From the IMG/VR virus record IMGVR_UViG_3300048833_000100, positions 1-64,000 of that record: a stretch of DNA of 64,000 nt, one strand, 5' to 3'. This DNA is from a virus. This document shows, one piece after another, positions 8,463 through 20,400 of this stretch (within the stretch, counting starts at the first letter, position 1; the number at the start of each line of letters is the position of its first letter). The notes beneath the pieces are model-generated. The model did no database searches and was not told where the DNA came from. It saw nothing but the letters and a program-made list of their open reading frames with translations. The translations under genes were made by a program, and so were the position numbers.

Positions 8463-9200
8463 ATGAGCAAACTCTTTGGCAACCTGAAGAACGACGGTCT
8501 CGAAGAGGCCGGCGACCGCCTGGGCGGAGGCCGTGAGCCGGTCGCCTCGGGCCTCTATGACGCAACCATCAAGGTTGCCTATGCCGGTCAGTCCAGCGGA
8601 GGTGCTCACAGCGTCACCCTGGTCCTCGACGTGAACGGCCAGGAAGTCCGCTCGACCCAGTGGGTCACCAACAAGGCCGGCGAGAACTTCTACCCCGACA
8701 AGCAGGACTCGAAAAAGAAGCATCCGCTGCCCGGCTACACCCTGCTCAACGACATCTGCCTCTTCGCCACCGGGGAAGAGCTGTCGGAGCAGAACACCGC
8801 GCAGAAGATGGTCAACATCTACGACTTCGACGAGAAGAAGGAAGTCCCGACCGAAGTGCCGGTGCTGACTGGTCTGCTCGGCAAGCCGGTTCACCTCGGC
8901 ATCCTGCGGGTCATCGAGACCGTCCAGAAGAAGGGCGACGATGACAAATACTACGACACCGACAAGACCCGCACGTCGAACGAGATCGACAAGGCCTTCC
9001 ACCCGGAGACCCATCGCACGGTCACCGAGTATCAGAAGGAAGTCATGACCCCCGAGTTCCACACCGCCTGGGGTGAACGCAACTCGGGCAAGGACCGCGA
9101 CAAGACCAAGGGCGGCGGCAACGGTGCCGGTGCTTCTGGTTCGGGCCGTCCGGGCAATACCAATGCCCCGCCGACTGCCAAGAAGAAGCTCTTCGGCTGA
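8463..9200 (+). CDS. N4-type single-stranded DNA-binding protein (gp45-like; late transcription activator)
   Basis: 'SGLYDATIKVAY', 'LPGY', basic C-terminal tail 'KKKLFG'; synteny. Confidence 0.85.
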   Translation: MSKLFGNLKNDGLEEAGDRLGGGREPVASGLYDATIKVAYAGQSSGGAHSVTLVLDVNGQEVRSTQWVTNKAGENFYPDKQDSKKKHPLPGYTLLNDICLFATGEELSEQNTAQKMVNIYDFDEKKEVPTEVPVLTGLLGKPVHLGILRVIETVQKKGDDDKYYDTDKTRTSNEIDKAFHPETHRTVTEYQKEVMTPEFHTAWGERNSGKDRDKTKGGGNGAGASGSGRPGNTNAPPTAKKKLFG

Positions 9201-9706
9201 TGCTCCTTGTGGGAATCGACCCTGGATATTCAGGAGCCATTGCGCTCCTGGATGCCACCACCGGGCGGGTCACGATCCATGACATGCCCACGACTCCCAA
9301 CCCCAAGGGCAAGCCTGAGCTCAATCTCCACAGGCTGGGCGAGATCCTGAAACCGGACCTGGATGGCTACTGCCCCGAGACCTGCATTGCAGTGCTCGAG
9401 AAGGTGGCCACCATGCCCGGCCAGGGGATCTCCTCAGCCTTCCGCTTCGGCCAGGGCTACGGCGCCATCGAGATGGCGCTCGTCGGCCATGGCTGGGAGC
9501 GGAACTACGTCACCCCCACCACCTGGAAGAAGTATTTCAAGCTCTCTTCCGACAAGGGGGTCAGTCGCTCTCTGGCGATGCAACGCTTCCCGCACTCGGC
9601 CGACCTCTTCGCCCGTGTGAAGGATGACGGGCGTGCCGAGGCTGCCCTCCTGGCGCTCTACGCCCGTGAGGTCGTCCTCCCTGCCCAGGGGCGGGCTGTC
9701 GCTTGA
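9200..9706 (+). CDS. RuvC-like Holliday junction resolvase
   Basis: 'VGIDPG..GA', 'VLEKV', 'AFRFG', 'P..WKK', 'DGRAEAALLA'. Confidence 0.9.
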   Translation: MLLVGIDPGYSGAIALLDATTGRVTIHDMPTTPNPKGKPELNLHRLGEILKPDLDGYCPETCIAVLEKVATMPGQGISSAFRFGQGYGAIEMALVGHGWERNYVTPTTWKKYFKLSSDKGVSRSLAMQRFPHSADLFARVKDDGRAEAALLALYAREVVLPAQGRAVA

Positions 9707-9747
9707 CAGCTCCCCCAAACCACAACAACTCACTCTATGGAGCTGCC

Positions 9748-10251
9748 ATGCAGATCACCCTCTCCGAAGACGAAATCCAACAAGCCGTCGTGGCCTTTGT
9801 CCGCGGTCAGATCACCATCGCCGAGAACCAGCAGATCGACGTGAACTTCACGGCCGGTCGGGCACCCAATGGCCTGACGGCCACGCTGCAGATCTCGACC
9901 GTCGGTGCCGCGATCCCGGCTCCCAAACCCATGGCTCGCCCCACGTCGGGCAACCCCTTCGGCAACATGAAGGCCCCGGCTCCCCAGGAACCGATCGCCA
10001 ATATCTCGACCGGCGAGGAGCGTGTCCCCGTGATGGACACCGCACCGGATGCCGACCCGGAACCGGAAGTGGGCGAGCCCGTCAACTATGCTCAGGATGA
10101 CACGGCTGAAGAGCCCCAGACCTCCGAAGAGCCGCCGCTGGTGAAGAAGGCTGGCATCTTCTCGAAGGCCACGGCCAATGTTGACGAGGCGCCGGAAGCG
10201 GTGTCCGATGATAAGCCCTCCCCGAAGTCGATCTTCTCGAAGACCGCCTGA
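9748..10251 (+). CDS. N4 gp46-like protein
   Basis: 'MQITLSEDEIQQAV..I.VNFTAGR..NGLTA' with a disordered acidic tail. Confidence 0.7.
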   Translation: MQITLSEDEIQQAVVAFVRGQITIAENQQIDVNFTAGRAPNGLTATLQISTVGAAIPAPKPMARPTSGNPFGNMKAPAPQEPIANISTGEERVPVMDTAPDADPEPEVGEPVNYAQDDTAEEPQTSEEPPLVKKAGIFSKATANVDEAPEAVSDDKPSPKSIFSKTA

Positions 10252-10272
10252 TCCATCCGGCCTGATACGACC

Positions 10273-10303
10273 AGAAAGCACCCTCCGGGGTGCTTTCTCT
10301 TTT
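10273..10303 (+). terminator. Intrinsic terminator
   Basis: AGAAAGCACC-ctccgg-GGTGCTTTCT followed by a T-run. Confidence 0.75.
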
Positions 10304-10322
10304 CCCACTTCAGGAGGATCGG

Positions 10323-10514
10323 ATGGCCATCATCCCCCGCACACCCTTCACCCCCGAGTCCATGGACGACCCGTTGACGCTCACTCAGCATCTCTTCGGT
10401 GAGACCATGGCTTCGCTCGAGTCCATGCCCCAGAACCGCATGACGGCTCTCGCCAAGACCAAGCTCGAGGAAGGATACTTCTGGCTCCTCGCCGCAGGAG
10501 CACAACCCGCATGA
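10323..10514 (+). CDS. Small protein with an Acb2/Tad1-like helical-hairpin motif
   Basis: 'NRMTALAKTKLEEGYFWL'; AGGAGG SD. Confidence 0.6.
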   Translation: MAIIPRTPFTPESMDDPLTLTQHLFGETMASLESMPQNRMTALAKTKLEEGYFWLLAAGAQPA

Positions 10515-10678
10515 TGAAGTTCATCTTCGGTCTCGGCTATGTCCTCGTCGTCATCGGCGTGATCGGCATTGCCCTCGGGACCACTGTGCTCTTGGTGCAA
10601 CAGCTTCTGCTGCTCGGTATCCTGCTTCTGGTCGGCGCTGCTGTCTGGAAGTTCTGGATCATGCCGGAAAAACCCTGA
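10511..10678 (+). CDS. Small membrane protein (about 2 TM segments)
   Basis: 55-aa very hydrophobic ORF, ATGA-coupled; absent from the ORF track. Confidence 0.65.
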   Translation: MMKFIFGLGYVLVVIGVIGIALGTTVLLVQQLLLLGILLLVGAAVWKFWIMPEKP

Positions 10679-10690
10679 CCCCAAATAGCA

Positions 10691-10729
10691 GAAGCCCCCC
10701 TGCCCGTGATTCAGGGGGGCTTCCGTTTT
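10691..10729 (+). terminator. Intrinsic terminator
   Basis: GAAGCCCCCCTG..CAGGGGGGCTTC followed by GTTTT. Confidence 0.75.
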
Positions 10730-10907
10730 GGCTCTCGGAGGTCTTTGGGAAAACTGGTTCGAGATCCTGGGAACACCATATCTAGTATCGACCGGAGGTT
10801 TAACCCCAAATCTTTCAGACAACCGTCTGATGGGTTTTCACTTGCCTTTTGATAGGGCCAAACTAATTCTGGAAGTCTGATCAATTCAATCGAGTTCCGG
10901 TTGAACC

Positions 10908-11426
10908 ATGGGAGCCCAATCAGTGACTGCCCTGTCTATCCCCACATCCTTGCCTCCGGTCCTGCACCAGATCACCCTGAACACCGGGGAGATCCGGCAC
11001 CGAGATCGGGCTGTCATCCCCGTGGATGTGTTACCGGGAGCCCTCGAAGCGATTGATCGCATGGTTCACAAGAACACCTGCATCCCCATGAACTTCGACG
11101 GTGAGTCCTGGCTTGTGGCCGGGCATGCAGAAGACCGCACCCTGACCATCACGCTCTGGCGTGGCACCTGGGACAAGCGGGTGCTCTTCCTATCGGCCGG
11201 CACAGCCCCGGATCTCGTCTCCGGCAAGGCTCTCTGGGCACGACTGCATGAGCACAGCTCCGACCCCATTCCTGACCCACCTCAGGACGTTCCCTGGATC
11301 GCCGAGCGGTTTGAACCCATCGGGTTACTGCTCCCCCAAACCACCATCTGGGCCATCGACTTCTCAGCCATGATCGGCTGGGCCTGGTTGGTCTATCTCG
11401 CAGCATTGGAACTCCCGGTCCATTGA
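10908..11426 (+). CDS. Hypothetical protein (isolated transcription unit)
   Basis: About 165-aa ORF between two terminators, preceded by an AT-rich spacer. Confidence 0.6.
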   Translation: MGAQSVTALSIPTSLPPVLHQITLNTGEIRHRDRAVIPVDVLPGALEAIDRMVHKNTCIPMNFDGESWLVAGHAEDRTLTITLWRGTWDKRVLFLSAGTAPDLVSGKALWARLHEHSSDPIPDPPQDVPWIAERFEPIGLLLPQTTIWAIDFSAMIGWAWLVYLAALELPVH

Positions 11427-11443
11427 CCGGGAGTTTCCTTTTT
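11410..11443 (+). terminator. Terminator between convergent genes
   Basis: AACTCCCGGTC-catt-GACCGGGAGTT followed by TTTTT. Confidence 0.75.
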
Positions 11444-11451
11444 GCCCTACC

Positions 11452-14400
11452 CTAGTCGAAGATTGCAGCGACCGGGTGGTTGAACGGGGCATCGAAGCCC
11501 ATGGCCGGGCCGAACGAATAGGGCAGCCGTCCATCGAGAGTCGAGCCAAGGAAAGACCCATCCCAGGTGGTGGAAATCCCCGAGGCCGGGCCAACACCCC
11601 CCATCATGAACAGCGAGGTGAGCGGCCGGTCCCGCAGGGTCCGGGCCGCGATCTTCATGATCCTGAGCTTGTAGCTCCAGAACCACTGCAGACCCATGGT
11701 CTCCCGGAAATCCCGTCCCCGGCCCGGCAGACGGTTATACTGCACGAACTCTTCCCGGATCTGGTCGAGAGCATCCTCAGGCTTCATGCCCTTCTTCTTG
11801 GTCAGGTGATCATAGAGCACCGCCTTGGCCACGAAGTCTCCATACTGAACCATCCGGTTCAACCCCTGGAACAGGGCCGAGTCCTTGGTGATCAGCAGGT
11901 TCTTGGCCGTGCCTTGAGCCCAGTCCGGCATCCGGTTTGCGACCCGCTCCAGATACTCCCCCCACTTGCCTTCCCGGATGGCCACATCGGCTTCAGTCAG
12001 GCTTTCGGAGATCGTCGAGAACTCACCGCTCTCGATCAGGGGTGCCACAGAGAGCTTGGCATTGGCTCGATCCAGAACTGCGATCCGTGCCTGCAGGGCA
12101 TCCCGACGGGTCGGGTTATTGATCACAGCCGCCATCTCGATCTGCAACCGCTGGATCTCTTCCCGGTTCTTCACATAGGTCGAGATCTCCGAGAACTTGT
12201 CCCGCATCCCGGTCGCAATGGCGATCGGGCTCACACCCACCATCGAGAGGTGGTAGATGTTGGACAAGATGTTCTGGTAGCCCACCACGATCGAGCGGAC
12301 GATGATCGTGGTCTTGGCGAAGGATACCACGGACTCGACCGTATTCTCGAAGGTCTTGAGCTTGCGGAAGGCATGCACCCCAAGAAGACGTTCAGCCGTC
12401 TTCTGGATATTCTGCTGGGTTTTTTCATTCCAGCGGGAGATCCCGGTCCAGGCATCCGTCGTCGAGGCACGTCGGAAACCAATCGCATCCTCGACCTGAT
12501 CCCGTTTCACCCACAGCTCGTCTTTACCGAAGACCTCATGGGCGTGCTGCTTCATCTTCCAGCCCATGGTTCCCCAGGCATCCCGAACCACAGGATCCTT
12601 TTGGTTCGGGTCCGCGACGTTGATGAACTCGGAGACATCGCCCTTGGCTCGAGCTGCATCATAGGTCTCTTTCAGCACCTCGAGCAGCGCGACGTTGTTG
12701 GCATCCGCCACATTCTCTTCGACGATCCGACCCATCCACACCCCGAGCATCCGTCCGAGGTGATCATCCATCGGCATGGCTTCGGTATGGGCAGGATCCA
12801 TGGGGCGCTGGTGCCCGGCGATCTTGCCCTCCTTGTCGAAGATCGGCAGCAGGTAGTCTCCGGCAGGCAGGTTGTCGAGAGACCCTGGACGTGCCCGGCC
12901 GACCGAGAGCGCAATATCGGCGCTGTCATAGTCGGCAATCAGGCCAGCCGTCTGACCCGGCAGACGCTGGCCGGTATGGGCATCCACACCCATCCAAGTC
13001 TCGTGAACCGTCTGAGCCACCCCCTGACGGAAGGCAGTCTTGCCTGCCACCGTGGAGCGATAGTAGCCCCGCTTCGGCTGACGACCTTCGTTCTTGTCTC
13101 CGACATAATCCCCGACACGGGTGAACCCCCGCTTCAGGAGATTTGCTTGTTGGTCATCCTCGAAGACCATCAAGGCGGCACCTTCCTGCATCAGCCGTGG
13201 GATATACCCCTTCAGACCGTTGTTCTGCGCCACCTGGTTCAGAGCCCCGTCCCTGGTGATCCGCTTCATCTCCAGGGTTCGGGTGCCATTCAGGAAGCCG
13301 GTCAGGGTCTGCATCCCATCAGCCTCGTCCTTGGCCAGATCAGCCAGGGCCTTCTGCGTATCGGCATCGAGCTCGGCAAAGGCATAGAGGCTGGTCAGCT
13401 GGTCAATGGCAGTCACCAGATCTTCCGAGACGGGAGCCACACCCTTGGGTTTGTTCTCCCCGAACAGATGCGCGATGGCATGGGCGTTGGGCAGCAGGTT
13501 CTGCGAGGTCACCTTGCCAGACACCATATAGACGGCCAGTGCCTTGGCCTTGGCGATCTGCCGGGCCGATACAGCACCCCCCAGACCCATGACGGCTTCT
13601 TCGGCATCCGCGATCTTCTGATCCAAAGAACCCAGGTTCCGAAGCAGATCCAACGTCTCGGCATGACCAAGTGCCAGGAGATCCGTGCGAGCCAGTCCCT
13701 TGTGCAGCTGGCTCCACTCCGCACTCGTCAGCGGCCGGGAAAACTTCTTGGCGAGGTTCACCGGAACCCCCTCCCGGAAGTCTTGGCGCAGGGCGTCAAT
13801 CTTCGACTTGGCCTTGTTGATCAGACGCAGCAGCCCGATGTTGTCCTTGGTCTGTCCACGGAGATCCGACAGGATCGACCGCAGCTCGTGTTTCCCTTCG
13901 ATCCGGTTCAGGAAATAGGTGGCATTGTCCATGTTTTCCTCGGTGCGATCCGGGGATCCCAGAGAGGTCACCAGAGAGGTGACATAGGCCGCCTGCCCCA
14001 GGACGGAGCCTTTGCGCTGCTTGGCCGCATTGACCAGCTTGATCGTTGCCTTGGTCGACTTGTCCTCAACCTGTGATGCCAGCCAGCTGTTGGCCTGTTC
14101 GATCTTCTCGTTCATGGTCTCCAGCCCGGCCATCAGCCGGCGCTTGCCCTGCACCGTGGTCAGAGTCAGGGCGAGCTTCTCCATCTCCTGCCGCAGGTTG
14201 GGCTCCATCTTGCGCGGGTGGATCGACAGACGGGTGATCAGGTTCACCAGAGTGGAACCAATCGACCGGAGGAAATCATCCACCGAGTCCCACTTCAGAT
14301 CGGCGATCTTGGGAGCCTCGATCTTCTCCAGCACTTCCCGGAACCCGTCATTGGTCAGGGCCAGGGCTGTGAACACCGCCAGCTGGTCATTCCGGTTCGG

Positions 14401-17400
14401 GGTCTGTTTCTTGATCCCGTCTGCCCCGGCAAGGTGATCCCACATCGCCTCGGCCAGGGATGCACTCACCCCAGGCAGCTTGGTGAAGTCCTGGGGGGTC
14501 ACCACCCGCAGCACATGGTCGAAGGCTTCCTGCAGATGCCGATGGATCGGCTTGTCCGCTCGCATGCCTGCCTGCACCGACGCATAGACAGCCTCGAAGG
14601 CCCGTGCCTCCCGAGCGGTCACATTGAAGCCTGCAGCCGCTGCCCGTTCCCGAGCCTTACCAGCCGTGCTCAGACTGTCTGCAACGGCCGTCTGTGCCTT
14701 GGTGGCAGCCTCTGCTTCCGTGATCTTCCCCGCGGCCAGCAGATCATTGACATTGCCCATGCGCTCCAGCCAGAGCCGCATACGACCAAGGAACATCTCC
14801 TCGACCTCCTGCAGCCTGTCCGAAGCAGGGAAGCTCTGGTCCAGCACCTGATTGACCTGTGCATCTGCACGGGCCACCTCGACAGCTTTTGAGGGCGCCA
14901 CCAGCAGGGTTGCGTTGAACTGCAGGTTCGACAGCAACGTGTTGCCGGGGTGGAACCCCACCAGCTTCTTGAAGGCATTGATTGCTCGAGCCACCCAGGA
15001 GATCAGGGGACGGTAGGTCTTGGTCGCCTCGAGCTTCTCCGAGAGCTTCTGGTTCGACAGTGCATAGGAGATCAGCTCGGAGATCTGGGCAGCCGGATTG
15101 CCTTTCTGGGCATGCAGCACCGCATGCAGCTGAGACATGGCGCCTGCACTGGCCCCTTCCGGGACCATCTTCAGGATGTCATCCCGCAGGGCTTCCAGCT
15201 CCTTGACGGCATGGCGGACATGCTCCGGCACCGATCTGGGATCGTCGTAGAAATCGACCAGCCGCTTCATCGTGTGGATGTGGAGCATCTCGTGGATCAG
15301 AACTTCCGGGGCTGCATGAGCCACGAAGACAACCTGCTTGCCGGCCGAGCTCTGCCCATACTGGATCTGCCCATTGGACTGGTTCAGCCCCTTGGTCAGT
15401 TCCGGGTAGAGGGTATTCCGCACCTGCTCCAGCGCCTTGTTGGAGCCGAAGTAGTAGACCACGTCTTCCGACAGGGGAGCTACTTTCCGCATCCCCTGGA
15501 TGGCCCGCAGCTGCTCTTCCGTGGTGTCGGTATCCGCCGTCAGGAGCTGCATCACTGCAGAGCCCTTGATCGAGACCACCCCCGGATGCCCATCAACCTC
15601 CGTGCCCAATTCAGACACCTTGGCCCGGAACTCGGCACTGGGCTTCTGGGCATAGTCCTTCCGAGAGGCCCCGTCCTTGGCAGCCCTTGCCTGTGCCTGA
15701 AGAGCAGAGAGCTCTTCCCGGTAAAGCTGGTTCAGCTGGCTCGTGATCTCGTCATAGGCGATCGGGGAACCACCCGCCACCACAGTCCCTGGGGAGACGA
15801 AAGGTGCCTGTGCCGACGCCATGTGATCGGTCGAGGTTGCCATCCGTGCCATGGCCCGTTTCCGGGCCGTGCTTTGCATGGCCATCTCATCAAGCTCCCG
15901 CTGCATGTTCACGATGTCTGCGTGCTGCAGGGGCCGGTTACCAACCGTCTTGCGGAAATCCCGCATCGTCTTGTTCAAGGCGTCCTTGGTGTCTTTGCTC
16001 AGATTGGCAAAATCCTGATAGGTCAGGTTCTGGGTCATCTGCCGGAACCCGTCTGCAATCGCCTGATAGGGATTGCCCTCGATCCAGCCATTGTAGACTT
16101 GCTCGTTGATCTGTCGGGATGCCCCTTCGATCTTGTCGGCCGCCAGCTCCACCCCGTCAAAGACCGGGAGAGACATATCGAAATCCCCATTCCCATCATG
16201 ATAGATGTTCAGGATCATCCGACCATCGCCGGTCCCGATCGTCAGGAAGGCACTGACCTTCACCGAAGCATCGGCCGGGGTGACCAGCGTGGCACGGGTC
16301 TCCATATTCCCGCTGAAGCTGCCACCCACCTTGTAGTCATGGCTTTGATCCCGATCGGGAGCCGCGATCTGGAAGCTCTGTGCATCGGTCCCATAGATCG
16401 GAGCGATCTTCATGCTCTCGGCATAGATGTCCCGCATCCGCTCTTCCGACAACAGACGACGGCCAGGCTTTGGGGTCCATTCCCCGGTGGCACCATTGGA
16501 GCCTTTCCGTTTGGCTTCCAGTTCCGCTTCAGCCTTCTGGGCTGCATCCTCTTCAGCCTGTGCCTCTTTCAGCTTCCGCAGGAACACATCCCGGAAGATC
16601 AGGGCCTGGACCTGAGATGCCCGTTGTGTGGTTCGCATATGGCTCCCGAGACCCCCCGTGGTCTCGTCGATCGCATCAAACATCGGCTGAGCAAAATGGA
16701 TCTCGATGTTCTTGGCCAGGGTATCGAACATGCGCCCAGACACCGTGGACTCGACCGGGTTGCTAAACCAGTCGTGCATCTCACGACGGGACAGACCCAT
16801 GACTGCCATGAGGTCTTGAACCATCTGATACTCATTGGCCTTCAGGGCATCGAAGTTCCGGTAACCATTTCCTTGCCGAGAGATCTCCGTGAGCATCTTG
16901 GAGAGCTGTTTCGTCACCACCCCCGCGATTTTATTGGACACGCCATTGACGCCGGAACCATAGAGGAACACGGTCAGTGGGTTCTTCACCGTGTTGCGGC
17001 CGATCCCCACACCCTCCAGCCGACCATCCTCCCCATGCTCCAGTTCGATCTGCAGGAACGCGGGGTCGTTGAACTTCTCAAGGACCCGCAGCACTGAATG
17101 AAGCCGTTCCTGAGAGAAGCCTTCTGGCACATCATCAACCTGCCCATGCACAAGATCGTGCATGCGGGCCTCGAGCCGGTGGGCCGCCATATGATAGAGG
17201 TCGGTGCGGTTTTCTGCCCGCATCGCCACGAAGTTGTTCAGCGAGATCTCCACATCTGTGAAGAACAGCCCGCCTTTGGCAAACCGCTCGATCTGGGCTG
17301 CATCAAACTCACCCAGGCCCATGTGAACCATGGCATTGATGGGACCGTCTGTCTTGCCATCCGCCTCCAAGGCCAGTGCCGTCTCGAAGGCATTGCGGTT

Positions 17401-20400
17401 GCCCACGACATCCGCCACCTCGACCTGAGCTGCCACCATCAGGGCATGGATCTGTTTGGGGGTCAGTGGCCCGAGTTTTTTGGCAGCCACAGTCTCCATG
17501 AAGTCATTCACGTCGAAGGAGTCTTCGACAATGCCTTCTGCCAGCAGATCAATCAGGGGGGCATATTTGCCCGTCACCAGATCCTGGGCACTCTCGATCG
17601 AATCCTGCACCGATTTCTGTTCGACCTTGACGCCAAGGGACTGGGCAATGGCCAACCAGAGAGCTTCCTCGTGTTTGGCGTTGTCGAGATCCAATGTCGA
17701 ATGGGTTGAGGAGATCATCTCGCGGGCAATCTTGGAGCCCTGTGGGGTCACTGGCCCGGATTGCTGGAGACGCCCCACCGCAGAGACAGCCCACTCGAAG
17801 AAGATCGGCATGTCCCAGATACCATCCTGGGTCTCCGCCACCTGACTGACTTCGTCGATGTAGCCCTGCACCGCGGCCAGATCATGCTCGATCGTATTGT
17901 TCTTCCCATCAATCGCATCGAGGTGATCGACGTTATAGGTCTTCCGGTCCGCCTCGGAGATCTCCTGGAATCCCAGGAGCGTCTTCACATTCTCATCCCC
18001 AAGGGCCTGGAAGAAATTGACCATCGGTTTCACCAACCGATTGGGGGTCTCCTGCAGACGCTTCACAACCTTGCGCTCCTGCCTGGACAGCTCCGCCAGT
18101 CGGTTGCCCAGCTGGGTCCGAGCCACTGTCTTCAGTGGCTTGCCGATCAGGCGATCCTTCACACGACCTTGGGTGAGGATATTGGTGAAAGGGGACCGCA
18201 TCTTGACCAGAACCTCGAAGTCCCGATCCAGCAACTGATCGACATGGGGCTCCAGCATGATGAAGTCCCGTGTCACATCCCCGACGGTGACATGCACCTT
18301 CCGCCAACCAATCCGGCCACGCCCCTCCTCCGGCTTGCCAGCTTTGGTATCCATGAGCAATTCAAGCGACGTGGCTGCCAGAGAACGGAACATCCCCTGC
18401 GTCTGCCGGATCGTCTTCTCATCTCGAGGAGACACATCCAGAAGGACCATCATCTTGTTGGCGATCTGCTCCACAGCTGATTGCTGCGGATGGCCATAAC
18501 GCACTGCCTTTGTCACATTGCCTGGCAGGGACGTGCCTCGAGGCAGTCCCAGGATCTTGGCCATGGCTTCCTCGTCCCGTGGACGCTGCGGCCCAGTGCT
18601 GGCCAGCAGCCATTCATAGACGGCAGCGAAGGCTGCGAACTTCACCTGCTCCGGGAACTCCCGGACCGAGCCTTCTTTCAGGAGGTTCAGGGGGAGACCG
18701 TCACTGGTATTGAGCCATGCGCTGATGGCCTCGCCTTGCAGGTTCCACCCTTTGATGAACTCCTGGGCTGCATTGTCCAGCTCGGCCGAGAACTCGGTGA
18801 AGTTCATCTCCATCACGTTGTCGATGGCATCCCGTTGCTCTTCGGTCACGTCCTCGGACGATCGCACATAGTCCTCAAAGAACTTGTGGGCATCCTCGAT
18901 GCCCGGCAACAGGGAGCCGTGCTTCCTTGGCTTGAAGGCATCGAGGAAGACATTGACGCCCTTCATGGGGATCACGAGGATATTTTTCAGGCTCTCGAAC
19001 CACCGAACGACGGGGGCATCCTCTACCGGAGCAGCTTCACTGGAGATCTCTTCGATGTCCTGATCGACCGCGGTCTCGGTGGTTTCCTCCTGCTCTGACC
19101 GAGCAGCATCGGCCTCAGCTTCCAGGAACTCCTGACGCTCTGCCTGTGCGATGGCCTCGTCCCCAAAAACCAGGGGAGTGCCGGCAGCTTCAGACACGAT
19201 GGCGTCGATCAAACCCTGCTGCTCAAAATACCCGGAGCTGTCATCGACTGGGAGAACCCACGCCAGATCGGGATGCTCCCGTGCCGGGATATTATCGAGA
19301 TCGGTGTAGCCGGTTTTGCGGAACAGGCCGGGCGTTGTTCTGGGGGTCACCCCATTATGGCGAAGCTCTCGTGCCACTGGGCCATGCGGAGCAATGCCCC
19401 CGATGCGAGCCATGTAAGCCGTGAATGGTCGCTTCTGCACCTTTGGCTCACGAGCCGCAGCTGCCTTGGCTCTACGCTCGGCCGCCAGACGCTTCTTCTC
19501 CGCAGCCCGCACTGCCTTCTTCTCTTCCCGTTCCTTGGCCTTGGCTGCCTTTGCTGCAGCCTTCTCCGCAGCCTTGGCCTCAGCCTCTTCTTTGGTGGTC
19601 TTGGCCTGTGCTGCCCGCTCTGCCTTGCGCTCTGCGACCTTCCGGTTCACGGCATCAATCAGCGGATCCATCATCGGATCAGCCTTGGGCTCGACAGGCT
19701 CTTGTGCCTTGGGGGCATCAGGAACCGGCTTGGCCAGATCCCCTCGCAGCGTGAGCTTCTTGTGCATGTTGGGGACCGAGACAGCTTTCATCTCGGTCAG
19801 TCCATGGGTCTGGATCAGCTGCTTCAGGAGGTCCGCTGCCGCTGTCGCGTCCGCATGGACCTCCTGAGCCAGAGCCACTGAGTTGGGGTTGGTCAGATCG
19901 ACCCAGACACCATCCTTGGCTTCCTTGGCATAGAAGCCATAGACCCCCTTGGCGACGAAGGGGACCTTGTGAGACTTGCCCTTGCCGACGGCAGCCGACT
20001 CGTTGAAGGCCTTCATCTTGTTCGACTGGCTCAAGGCGAAGTTCCTGAGATCGGTCAGAGCCCGCATGGCCACATCCCGGTGACCAACCCGCATGGCGTC
20101 ATTCACCCGCTTGTAGTGGCCGGACAGGGACAGGGAGGTAACCTCTTCCCCGTTGCGGACGGTATCCATGCCGGTATGGAAGATCTCCTTCCGAACCTCA
20201 TCCTTGGTCTTGGGAGGTTGGGTTCCAGGCTGGGACCAGATCTTGGCCTTCTGGGCATCGAGCTTCTCGAGGGTGGCAAAGATCTTGGCCGCCGCACTGA
20301 GGTGTTTCCGACGCTCGGCCGTTACGGGGCTCTGCCCCTCCACCGGGCCGAGCTGGTTCAGGACCGTGTCATAGGTTTCCTTGGACAGCAGGGCCGGATT

